From the sequence record MF360958.1: a stretch of DNA of 64,000 nt; one strand, 5' to 3'. This document shows, in pieces, positions 55,468-64,000 of the stretch. The notes under the pieces were generated by a model. It searched no databases, had not been told where the DNA came from, and saw only the letters and a program-made list of their open reading frames with translations. The first letter of the stretch is position 1. Every line of letters begins with the position of its first letter. Position numbers and translations under genes: made by a program.

Positions 55468-55596
55468 TTGACAGAAAGACTATAAATAACTATACTGGAA
55501 CACAGTTAAACAAATTAAACCAAAAACTTGATCTGTATTCGCCACAAGCGAATACTACCGCAAGGTACGATGGAGAGTGGTTCACATCGACTTTTT
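55468..55596 (+). ncRNA. promoter plus candidate three-hairpin sRNA
   Basis: TTGACA-N17-TATACT (55468-96) with embedded TATAAATA; hairpins GTATTCGC/GCGAATAC, TACC-GCAA-GGTA and CGATG/CATCG, then a T-tract. Confidence 0.55.
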
Positions 55597-55693
55597 AAAA
55601 ATTTACGGTTTTTAAAGTATTTTTTGAAAACTGTATAAATAAAATCAACAAGTCATTATTGACAAAAAACAATTAACGATTAGAATAATTATT

Positions 55694-55825
55694 ATGATTA
55701 ACGCAAGTACTACAAACATCGCTAAAAGTATGATCGGTAAAGCTGCCAAAGTTAGCTTCAAAGGTGGCTTTGTGTGGGCGTTTAGCTTTAAAAAAGCGAG
55801 CGGACAGCGAGGGTTTTTGGAATAG
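55694..55825 (+). CDS. attenuator leader peptide 2 (43 aa; 6 Lys, 6 Ala, 5 Ser-AGY, 5 Gly, 5 Phe, 2 Val, 1 Trp); not in the ORF track
   Basis: MINASTTNIAKSMIGKAAKVSFKGGFVWAFSFKKASGQRGFLE*; ATG lies 7 nt after the -10 of TTGACA-N16-TAGAAT (55659-86). Confidence 0.8.
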   Translation: MINASTTNIAKSMIGKAAKVSFKGGFVWAFSFKKASGQRGFLE

Positions 55826-55890
55826 TGAATGAAGTGTAAACCAGCATTCAAAATAATTCCAGAAACCCTTCCAAGTCGGAAGGGTTTTTT
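55809..55890 (+). promoter_or_regulatory. attenuator 2: antiterminator/terminator switch
   Basis: GAGGGTTTTTGGAAT (55809-23) pairs with ATTCCAGAAACCCTT (55856-70), competing with AAACCCTTCC-AAGTC-GGAAGGGTTTTTT (55863-90). Confidence 0.85.
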
Positions 55891-55922
55891 AGTTTAGGAA
55901 TAATAAAATTTAGAGAATATTT

Positions 55923-55998
55923 GGGGATATAACTCAACTAGTAGAGTACATGGCTTTTAACCATGCTGTTCAGGGTGCAAGTCCTTGTATCCCCACCA
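55923..55998 (+). tRNA. tRNA-Lys(UUU)
   Basis: GGGGATA/TATCCCC, loop CTTTTAA, ACCA. Confidence 0.9.
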
Positions 55999-56004
55999 AA
56001 TTTA

Positions 56005-56083
56005 GGAAGGATAGCTCTAATTTGCGTAGAGCAGAGGATTGAAAATTCTCGTGTTGGGAGTTCGAATCTCTCTCTCCTTCCAC
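56005..56083 (+). tRNA. tRNA-Phe(GAA)
   Basis: GGAAGGA/TCCTTCC, loop TTGAAAA, ACCA. Confidence 0.9.
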
Positions 56084-56263
56084 CAAATTTAAAAGGATTA
56101 AAAATATGAGTAATAAAGAAAATATCGCATATAGTGTAGAAAATGAAGGTCTGAAAAGAAGATGAAAAATGGGATAATGGTGAGCTAAGAAATGATGAAC
56201 GCTTTGTGAAAGTTGCTGATAAACAAACCGAAGAAGCTCTTGAACAAGCATTGAAAAAATAAA

Positions 56264-56340
56264 GCCGGATTAGCTTAATTGGTAAAGCGGCGGACTCCAA
56301 ACCCGCGTCTAACGTGGTTCGAAACCATGATCCGGTGCCA
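56264..56340 (+). tRNA. tRNA-Trp(CCA)
   Basis: GCCGGAT/ATCCGGT, loop CTCCAAA, G73, CCA. Confidence 0.9.
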
Positions 56341-56361
56341 AATTTATAAAGGTGATTAACA

Positions 56362-56679
56362 TTGAAACGACTTTATCATATGTATCGAAATTTAAATTCA
56401 AAGTGTTGATCCGTTAAACATAGAGGAAAAGTTATAGGTCATCATGATTCTATTGTTTTGAAAAATTGCGAATTTAGAGTTAGTGAAAAAGGTCGTCAAA
56501 GAGTTTTAAAAGAAAAAGTTAAAAATGTTCATGCTTATATTGCAGCACAAACACATGAAGAATTAGATGATGCCATTGATAAATGTAACAAAGTAGAGCT
56601 TACTTATAATCCATATAAATATTCAACATTTGTGATTAAGGAAACAGGAGAACCAATTTATCATTGTGATCCATATTAG
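56362..56679 (+). pseudogene. phage hypothetical gene with in-frame TGA (56407-09)
   Basis: KRLYHMYRNLNSKC*SVKHRGKVIGH...CEFRVSEKGRQRVLKEKVKNVHAYI; same frame on both sides of the TGA. Confidence 0.6.
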
Positions 56680-56751
56680 CTAAAGATGATGGTAAAATCT
56701 ATAAAATTCGTTATTGACATAAAACAAATTATTTATTATAATATTTAAATA

Positions 56752-58422
56752 GTGATCAAGAGGAATTTAGTAATGTATAAAATTATGACCAAAGACGAAC
56801 GTTATGTGATTATTGTGGAAGAAAAAAGTGCAGTAAATGAATACTATGTTTTTGAGACTCAAGATCTCATCGTAGAAGACAATATGGAAAAAGAAGCATC
56901 AGATTTTTATAATAAAATGCTGAAAGAAGATCAGAAACCATCTATTTATATGAGTGTTAAATGGGATGGTTGTGCAAATATGGATGCGAAAGAAGATAAT
57001 GTGTTGATTCATTTTTGTGAACAATCGCATATCGATTCATTTTATGGTATGCTGTCAACATGTTACAAAGATGCTGAAAAGCGTTTTGATTTTAACAATA
57101 TGTTCAACTAATAGTGGAGTAAATAGTGATGAAAGTTAAAGCGATTGATACAGAAACAAATCGTAGTGATCGTCCCGGAAAGCCTGATGGTATTACGGAA
57201 GGACACGTTTACGAAGTTGTTCAAATCAAATCTTTTTTCCATAATAATCGTAAGATGCAGATGGATCAGTACCGGATTTATAATGATTATGGAAAACTGA
57301 CTAATCATTCACAATACCGTTTTGAAGTTGTTGATGATTCAAAACCTGAACCGTTGGTTAAGTCTTTCAACAGGCTTACTAGTGATGTAAGGGTTGAAAA
57401 TCGAGAACTCAAAGAGAAAAATGAAAAGCTGGAAAATTTGGTTGAGTACTATAGAAAACTTTTAAGTGTTGAATAAAAAGGTTGATTTTTAATAGTAATT
57501 ATTGTTATAATAAACATTGTTGAGATATAGGAGATTTAGTATGAATATGAATGGTCTATTTAAATTGGTTGCTATTACAATGACTTTCGTATTTGTAGTT
57601 GGTTGTAAGTATGATGCTCATGCCTTTTCGGCTGAAGTTATTGAAATTGGTGATTGTGTGTATGATGGCCCTTATACATGTCGGGTTAAAGTCAAGCATG
57701 AACAAACGAAACTTGATGATGAACATAAGACAGACGATGACATTATGTATGTTGAAGTTTGGGGTACGGTCATGAAAGGGCAAACCATCTATCGTCTGTG
57801 CTGGTTTGAATCATCTGAAAAAGAAAAAAGAATGTGTTTTGTTCCATTCAGAACATCCGTACCAAATGGTTATGAACTTCGCGATTAGGAGATTTAAAAT
57901 GAGTAATAAATCGAAATATATTGAAGATCTTGAAAGCATTCGTGATCAACTTCGTCAAGAGCGTGAAGAACATTTTAAAAACATGTCTGATCCACGTAAA
58001 GGAAAAGATAAAGAATGGACTGAAGTTGAAAAGTCCAATCAACGTTATCATGATGCTGTAGAACAATCATATGCAGAGTATTATAAAAGATATGGCGATC
58101 CTGATAACGAACAACGGTAAAATATAAGATAATTAAAGGTGGTTAGCTCAGTTGGGAGAGCGCTGGTTTTACATACCGGAGGCCACAGGTTCAAACCCTG
58201 TACCACCTACCAGTATATGTATGAAAAATAATGATTGATCTTATTAAAAGCTTAATCAAAGATTGGAAGAATAAAAGATTGTATAGTGATCCAAGAAAAC
58301 TTCACTATGCACAGTTAAGAGAACATAATAAAGAAAGGGGTGTTGAGCATCCTTGTGATTGGGACTATACTGTTCCATCATTAGATGATATGATTAGAGA
58401 GTATCGTGACAAAGGTTATTAA
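56752..58422 (+). CDS. hypothetical proteins interleaved with tRNAs (56752, 57126, 57517, ~57900..58120, 58231)
   Basis: ORF track with GGAG RBSs. Confidence 0.55.
58137..58212 (+). tRNA. tRNA-Val(UAC)
   Basis: AGGTGGT/ACCACCT, loop TTTACAT, ACCA. Confidence 0.9.
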
Positions 58423-58558
58423 AGATTATGTTTAATACGAAAATAAAAGAAAATTTTTCATTTGCTTTTCTTTGCACGGTATTGATTATTTTTATAGGTT
58501 TTCCTTAACAGCATATGGTTTATGTTTTCTTTATTAGGAATTAAACAAAACAATTTTT

Positions 58559-58650
58559 AGTGGGGTGGTCGAGCGGTCTAAGACGCTGGATTGCTAATCC
58601 AGTGATCCGTTGTTACGGGTCCGAGGGTTCGAATCCCTCTCCCACTGCCA
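58559..58650 (+). tRNA. tRNA-Ser(GCU)
   Basis: AGTGGGG/TCCCACT, loop TTGCTAA, long variable arm, GCCA. Confidence 0.9.
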
Positions 58651-59174
58651 GTTTAAAATTAAGGCAAAATAGTATGGAACAGCGTTTTAAAAGTTTTGGG
58701 TACAAATTAAAAATAAAACTTAAACAATATCGTTGTAAAACATTATTGGGAACAGAGTTTTCCAGACAATAATCGAGATTTTTACTGTGTTAAATGTGGT
58801 AAAGATTATTGTTTACCTTTTTAAAAATTAAGTAAAGACAAACTAATATATGTTTAAAAATCAAAATATTATATTTCAAACAAAAAATAATATTTCTGTT
58901 AAAGAAATAAAAGAGATATTAAATACGTTTCGAAACGAAAATAAAACTTCATTAGTAATGGAGTATAAATATAAAAATCTTATATGGTATGTAAATATAA
59001 CCGGAAATTTTGAAAAGAAATCTTATAATGACTTTATATCAAATTTAGAAAATGTTACAGAAACTATTCTAAAAATTAATTAAAGCTTTAATAGCGGCTC
59101 ATGATGGTCTTTGGTTTCGCCCGGTATCCATTTCCCACGCCCCTATTACAGTCAGGGACCGGGTGTAAACAATA

Positions 59175-59260
59175 TGGCTCAGTGGCGATGCAGTTGTATC
59201 CTTAATGCGCGAAGGGTATGATCAAGTGGTTGAGGGTTCGATTCCTTCCTGAGCCTTCCA
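59175..59260 (+). ncRNA. aberrant tRNA-like RNA (UGC in an 8-nt loop; Ala-like?)
   Basis: GGCTCAG/CTGAGCC acceptor, GAGGG-TTCGATT-CCTTC T-arm, CCA; long central stem TATCCTT/AAGGGTA with loop AATGCGCG; no G3:U70. Confidence 0.5.
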
Positions 59261-59266
59261 AACAAT

Positions 59267-59342
59267 GCGGGATTGGTGTTTAATGGTAGCATGTCGGACT
59301 TCCAATTCGAAGGTCGGGGTTCGAACCCCCGATCCCGCACCA
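59267..59342 (+). tRNA. tRNA-Gly(UCC)
   Basis: GCGGGAT/ATCCCGC, loop CTTCCAA, ACCA. Confidence 0.9.
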
Positions 59343-59397
59343 GATTATAAATACGAATGTAAATAAAAAAATTAATAATGAAAATTTAGGCCATGTA

Positions 59398-59958
59398 ATG
59401 TTTGAAGAAAAAGTGTTACTTTTGGATAAAACAGGATTTCCTAATCGTTGGATCATGCCGGATGATGCGGCAGTAATTATAACCAATGGTCGGGTTGCAT
59501 GGTCTTTTGGTGATACTCTTACAACTCTCCATGGTGGCTATAATCGTATAAGCTACACTCAATCCACTCTTGATATTCCAAGCGTTATCGCTCTGGATGG
59601 AGTTATGAAAATGCGAGGTAAGTGTCCTCCATTAAGTAATGATTCTTTATTTTTGAGGGATCAGCACCTATGCTTATATTGTGGTAAAGGATTTACTAAA
59701 AGTAAATTAACACGTGACCATATTTTCCCTCAATCTCGTGGTGGTAAATCTACTTGGGACAATTTGGCGACTGCATGTTTCCGTTGCAACAATCATAAGA
59801 AAAACAATTGCACACCTGAAGAAGCAGGTATGGAATTGATTGCTTTGCCGTATAAACCTAATATTGCAGAATACCTTATCCTTAAAGCACAAGGTAGGAT
59901 TCTCGAAGATCAAATGAACTTTTTAAAAGGTCATGTAAGCAATTTAATATTGGATTAA
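59398..59958 (+). CDS. HNH endonuclease (McrA-like)
   Basis: RDQHLCLYCG...LTRDHIFPQSRGGKSTWDNLATACFRCNNHKK. Confidence 0.9.
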   Translation: MFEEKVLLLDKTGFPNRWIMPDDAAVIITNGRVAWSFGDTLTTLHGGYNRISYTQSTLDIPSVIALDGVMKMRGKCPPLSNDSLFLRDQHLCLYCGKGFTKSKLTRDHIFPQSRGGKSTWDNLATACFRCNNHKKNNCTPEEAGMELIALPYKPNIAEYLILKAQGRILEDQMNFLKGHVSNLILD

Positions 59959-59962
59959 AATT

Positions 59963-60671
59963 ATGAGTCATAAAGAAATCAAAATTTGTTTTATAGTATT
60001 ATGCATACTGGTTTTGATGTGGGGTGGTGGAATGATATTAACAGCGTTTCATTTCTCTACATTTTATTCTGGATTACTAATCATATTTTCAGTTTTTGGT
60101 ATGTGGACATTGGGTGAATATACCTATCGTAGAGTAAGGATTAGGAATAGAAATGATTAAACAACGTAAACATAATTATGTTCATAGTATTCTCAATCAT
60201 GATGAAATTTATAGTATCATTGATCATATTGAAAACATGAATTATAAGACAGAAGAACAAGCATTGTGTTATATTCATGATCAGGTTAAAAAGAACTATC
60301 TTTCTAAGAAGAAATTTAAGTTGTTACTCACGTGGCATTTTGAAAATTAATTTTCAATTTTTATAAATAGTATTAAGAAAATTAATTGAATAATATGGAG
60401 TTAAAAAATAATGACTATTAGAAAACATTTGGATATGATCAATAATATCGAGTCCGAACAACTTAATGAATCTTTCAATAAAGGCGATACTGTTAAAGTA
60501 AAAGATGATGTTAAAAATCCTCAGATCAAAAAGTTTGCAGGAAAACAGGCAAAGGTTCTTAGTACTGAAGATGATGGTAAAACCATTCATGCAAAGGTTA
60601 AAGGTGCTAAACATGGTTCTATGGAATTTAAATCCAGCGAACTAGAAAAATTTGACGAAGAAAATTCTTGA
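59963..60671 (+). CDS. three small hypothetical proteins (59963 membrane, 60153, 60411 late SH3/KOW-like)
   Basis: ORF track; TATAAATA upstream of 60411. Confidence 0.5.
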
Positions 60672-60740
60672 CAATTGAGCATTTTTTCAGTAACATTATA
60701 AATAACATAAACAAAGCAATTAAACATTAAGGTAATTATT

Positions 60741-60854
60741 ATGAACGCTCTAACACGTACATTCACATTAACAATCACAACACGCTCGTCAGAGCGCACG
60801 AGTGAAGTACGCTCCACTGAACGCGAAACAGTAGGAGAACGGAAGGGTGTTTGA
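60741..60854 (+). CDS. attenuator leader peptide 3 (37 aa; 9 Thr, 6 Arg-CGN, 5 Glu, 4 Ser); not in the ORF track
   Basis: MNALTRTFTLTITTRSSERTSEVRSTERETVGERKGV*; AAGG RBS; promoter TTGACA-N17-TAACAT (60668-96) followed by TATAAATA. Confidence 0.85.
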   Translation: MNALTRTFTLTITTRSSERTSEVRSTERETVGERKGV

Positions 60855-60912
60855 ATAATTCAAATATAAGAATGTTCAACAATAAAAACCCTTCCAAATG
60901 GAAGGGTTTTTT
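60841..60912 (+). promoter_or_regulatory. attenuator 3: antiterminator/terminator switch
   Basis: GGAAGGGTGTTT (60841-52) pairs with AAAAACCCTTCC (60884-95), competing with AAAACCCTTCC-AAAT-GGAAGGGTTTTTT. Confidence 0.85.
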
Positions 60913-60935
60913 AGTTTGTGGTTTTAGAAAATTTA

Positions 60936-61026
60936 GGAGAGTTGGCAGAGCGGACGATTGCAGCGGTCTTGAAAACCGCCGAGGGTTTGCAGCCCTCCGT
61001 GGGTTCGAATCCCACACTCTCCGCCA
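60936..61026 (+). tRNA. tRNA-Ser(UGA)
   Basis: GGAGAGT/ACTCTCC, loop CTTGAAA, long variable arm, GCCA. Confidence 0.95.
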
Positions 61027-61033
61027 GAACATT

Positions 61034-61108
61034 GTCCTGTTCGTCTAATGGTTAGGACTCTACCCTTTCACGGTAGCAACAGGGGTTCGAATCCCCTACG
61101 GGACGCCA
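61034..61108 (+). tRNA. tRNA-Glu(UUC)
   Basis: GTCCTGT/ACGGGAC, loop CTTTCAC, GCCA. Confidence 0.95.
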
Positions 61109-61115
61109 ATACAAT

Positions 61116-61187
61116 GCCTCGGTAGTTTAATCGGTAAAACAAATGACTTGTAATCATTAGTCGGTGGATCGTAACCGCCCCGAGGCT
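61116..61187 (+). tRNA. tRNA-Thr(UGU), no encoded CCA
   Basis: GCCTCGG/CCGAGGC, loop CTTGTAA, variant T-loop ATCGTAA. Confidence 0.8.
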
Positions 61188-61219
61188 AGAATATTATAAT
61201 CATAAATACCTTAAAATTA

Positions 61220-61921
61220 ATGAGGTATTTTATGATTAAAAATTATACAAAAAAAGAATTAGAATCAATATTATTAAAATATGGCATGGATAATAATACT
61301 TTTATTGTGAAAAGGGAATTTCCTAATCATATAGATTATATACCATCATATAATTCATGTTGGAGAAATGGAGTAGAAATTAGAAAAGTTAATAAAATTA
61401 TAGATTATAAATTTTACAAAACAAGTCCAAATAAATGTACTAATTGTAGAAAAAATTTAATTTATAAGAAAAGATATAATAAATTTTGTAATAGGTATTG
61501 TTGGATTATATATAATGCTAGATATAATTGTGGTAAAAATTGTTTAAATTGTTCTAAAAGATTTACATCGAAAAGTTCTAATTCAAAATATTGTTCTATT
61601 GAATGTTCAGCAGAGAAAAGATATAAAGATACTATTAATAAATGGTTAAATGGTGAATTAAAGGGGCATACTGGTAAAGCTCTGCAAATTAAACAATTTG
61701 TGAGAAAATATTTATATCAAATAAGAGGAACAAAATGTAGTGAATGTGGATGGGATGAAAAGCATCCAAGAGATAATAGACCTTTAACACAATTTCATCA
61801 TATTGATGGGGATGCATCTAATACAACACCATCAAATCTTAAAATATTATGTCCTAATTGTCATTCAAAAACTGATAGTTATCTTTCAAGAAATAAAAAC
61901 AGTTGTCGTGATAGAAAATAG
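61220..61921 (+). CDS. HNH homing endonuclease (likely start 61232)
   Basis: CxxC repeats (CTNC, FCNRYC, CLNC, YCSIEC) and RGTKCSECG...QFHHIDGD..N....NLKILCPNCHSKT; late CATAAATA upstream. Confidence 0.9.
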   Translation: MRYFMIKNYTKKELESILLKYGMDNNTFIVKREFPNHIDYIPSYNSCWRNGVEIRKVNKIIDYKFYKTSPNKCTNCRKNLIYKKRYNKFCNRYCWIIYNARYNCGKNCLNCSKRFTSKSSNSKYCSIECSAEKRYKDTINKWLNGELKGHTGKALQIKQFVRKYLYQIRGTKCSECGWDEKHPRDNRPLTQFHHIDGDASNTTPSNLKILCPNCHSKTDSYLSRNKNSCRDRK

Positions 61922-61923
61922 TT

Positions 61924-61957
61924 TTAGTCGGCGGATCGAAACCGCCCCGAGGCTCCA
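61924..61957 (+). repeat. duplicated 3' half of tRNA-Thr, with CCA
   Basis: TTAGTCGGCGGATCGAAACCGCCCCGAGGCTCCA versus 61157-87 TTAGTCGGTGGATCGTAACCGCCCCGAGGCT (31 bp, 2 mismatches). Confidence 0.9.
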
Positions 61958-61963
61958 AATAAT

Positions 61964-62012
61964 TCCCCGGTAGCTCAATTGAATAGAGCAACGGTCTACG
62001 AAATCGTAGGTT
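61964..62012 (+). pseudogene. 3'-truncated tRNA-Arg(ACG)
   Basis: TCCCCGG, D-arm, ACGGT-CTACGAA-ATCGT, AGGTT, then AT-rich sequence; no T-arm or acceptor 3' strand seen. Confidence 0.75.
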
Positions 62013-62041
62013 ATATTACCAACAAAATAATAAATATTATT

Positions 62042-63004
62042 ATGAAATACTATACTGTTTATAAAATAAAAAATAAAATCAATGATAAAATTTATATAGG
62101 TTGTCATAAGACTGAAAATCTCGATGATAACTATATGGGATCTGGTATATATTTACGAAGGGCCATAGACAAATATGGTATAGATAATTTTGAAAAACGC
62201 ATTATGTTTGTATATGACAATCCATATGATATGTTTTCAAAGGAGGCAGAAATAGTTACCGAGAGCTTTGTAGAAAGAAAAGATAATTATAATTTAAAAA
62301 TTGGAGGCATGGGTGGATTTGATTATATAAACAGAAATAAATTAGGATTAATTGGATTTTGGAATTATTGGAATAATTTAACCAGTGAACAATTAGAACG
62401 ACATATTCAATTATCAAGACAGGGAGGATTTAAAACATTAAAAGATAGAACAGGCTTGTTTTCAAAAAAATCTATTGAAAATAGAATTTCATCTATTAGA
62501 AAAAATAATGAAAATTGGACTTTTGGCGGAATGAAGCATTCCAAAAAAAGTAAAGAAAAAATGTCTAATAGTGCTAAAAAACGTTTGAAAGATCCTATGA
62601 AACATTCTCAATATGGCACTATGTGGATCTATTCATTAGATGAAAAACGTGCTAAAAAAATAAAAAGAACAGATAATATACCTAATAATTGTATTGTCGG
62701 ACGTAAACCTAAAAAACAAAATAACCATAATAAAAATCCTAAATGTAAAACATGTAGTAATACAACTAGCACATTTAGATCGAGGTATTGTGAAAATTGT
62801 AAAAAACTTAGAAATTATCAAAGAAAAGGATATAATAAAATAGATTTTATATCTAGAAAGCATAATATAATTGAAGGAAGTGTATCAAAAAATAAAGATT
62901 TTATTAAAGAATGTATTTCTAACAATATTCCAAAAAATAATATTTTAAAATTTTTAAATTGTAATAATTCAGGAGGAAATTATAATATTATTAAAAATTT
63001 ATAA
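62042..63004 (+). CDS. GIY-YIG homing endonuclease (Seg-like) with NUMOD3-like motif
   Basis: YTVYKIKNKINDKIYIGCHKTENLDDNYMGSG; MKHSKKSKEKMS; TAAATA upstream. Confidence 0.9.
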   Translation: MKYYTVYKIKNKINDKIYIGCHKTENLDDNYMGSGIYLRRAIDKYGIDNFEKRIMFVYDNPYDMFSKEAEIVTESFVERKDNYNLKIGGMGGFDYINRNKLGLIGFWNYWNNLTSEQLERHIQLSRQGGFKTLKDRTGLFSKKSIENRISSIRKNNENWTFGGMKHSKKSKEKMSNSAKKRLKDPMKHSQYGTMWIYSLDEKRAKKIKRTDNIPNNCIVGRKPKKQNNHNKNPKCKTCSNTTSTFRSRYCENCKKLRNYQRKGYNKIDFISRKHNIIEGSVSKNKDFIKECISNNIPKNNILKFLNCNNSGGNYNIIKNL

Positions 63005-63040
63005 TTTAATATAAAAACCACGATAATTAAATTATAAATA

Positions 63041-63603
63041 TTAACAAAGTTTATCTTTGATTGATTTAATACAAAGAAGTTCTATCTTAGCTTTACTAAT
63101 GCGTACACATTTTTCATAAATTTCTTCTTCGGTTAAACTATAACCTGAAGTTAAATTTTCCGGTTCTAAATCTTTTTCAATCAATTCAGAAAGTTTATCG
63201 CATTCTTCCTTGTTAGGAATATATGAAAATTCTGGCTCATCAAGAAGATCTCTCGCAATGTTCTTCTTAGTAATATATCGTTCAAGATATGTCATACAAA
63301 TTTCCTTAGCCTTTTAATGAAAAATTTATTGAAATATGAAATCTATTTTGCTATAATATAATTATTGTTAAGGAGGTATAGAAAATGTCTGTTGTAAAAG
63401 TACGTAATACTCAAAAATTTCAAAGATGGTTTAAGAAAAACACACCTACTGCCTCAAAAATTATCAATTATGATTACAAAAATAACATTCAGTATGTTAT
63501 CATTGACCTGAATTATTATGGAACAAGCATGGGAAATGAAATTGAAGCTTCTAAAAAAATTAGAACAATTGTTTCTGATTTTAAAGGTAAAAAAGTAAAA
63601 TAA
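63041..63603. CDS. two hypothetical proteins (63041..63295 -, 63385..63603 +)
   Basis: ORF track with RBSs. Confidence 0.5.
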
Positions 63604-63631
63604 CATTTAATTATTAATCAAGGGGTTAAAT

Positions 63632-64000
63632 ATGTCATATCTTATTATTACTAGTATGTTGTGTCTTATTGTTAGTAATATCTTGCTGATTATAGCGATT
63701 ATTAGATTAAATGATAATAAAAAGAATGTGGATACTTTTACTTTTACACATACTTGTACACAACATCCCGTAATAGTTACGGATAAAGATGGAAATGTAT
63801 ATTTCGAAAAACATAATAATACAATAACTAAAGTTGATCCAGATGGATACGAAATTTGGTCTTATGATGGACACACAAATAGAGTTCGAAACATAGAGAT
63901 AGATCAATTCGGTAATGTGTATAGTGTGAGTGATGATGAAACTATTCGTAAAGTAGATTCATGTGGAAATGAACTATGGACCTATATAGTGAGAAATATC
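63632..64000 (+). CDS. membrane-anchored beta-propeller (WD40/PQQ-like) protein, 3'-partial
   Basis: MSYLIITSMLCLIVSNILLIIAII..., then repeats DKDGNVY...KVDPDGYEIWSYDGHTNRV..IEIDQFGNVYSVSDDETIRKVDSCGNELWTY. Confidence 0.7.
   Translation, partial: MSYLIITSMLCLIVSNILLIIAIIRLNDNKKNVDTFTFTHTCTQHPVIVTDKDGNVYFEKHNNTITKVDPDGYEIWSYDGHTNRVRNIEIDQFGNVYSVSDDETIRKVDSCGNELWTYIVRNI

Noticed and set aside
49908-61048. ORFs overlapping tRNA clusters (49908-, 50021+, 50528-, 50709-, 55938-, 55970-, 58560+, 59280-, 60775-, 60851+)
   Set aside because: They are translations of tRNA or attenuator sequence (typical GFEP/RRVWDSNP-like artefacts).

Overview
A very AT-rich, gene-dense segment of a T4-related jumbo myovirus genome; host not determinable from the sequence. 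It carries neck genes (gp13/gp14-like), GroES, a clamp loader, a DnaE fragment, sigma70-type TTGACA-N16-18-TAnnnT promoters and T4-like late (T)ATAAATA promoters. The most striking system is at 48.5-62 kb. Three tRNA operons each start with a short leader peptide, an antiterminator strand formed by the leader's last codons, and a near-identical intrinsic terminator. Each leader's amino-acid and codon composition matches the tRNAs downstream: N/M/I/D/H with Asp, His, Met, Ile, fMet, Asn; K/F/G/S(AGY)/A/V/W with Lys, Phe, Trp, Val, Ser(GCU), Gly; T/R/S(UCN)/E with Ser(UGA), Glu, Thr, Arg(ACG). This looks like ribosome-mediated attenuation that turns on phage tRNA supply when those tRNAs run short (inferred, untested). 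Other notable items: a tRNA-Asn with a 45-nt structured insertion in its anticodon, a terminase middle fragment flanked by two split-intein halves that cut Walker A and Walker B, homing endonucleases inserted at tRNA-Thr and tRNA-Arg, several promoter- or terminator-bounded orphan structured RNAs, a TnpB remnant, and three paralogous protein families. All calls come from motif reading; no database searches or folding programs were run.
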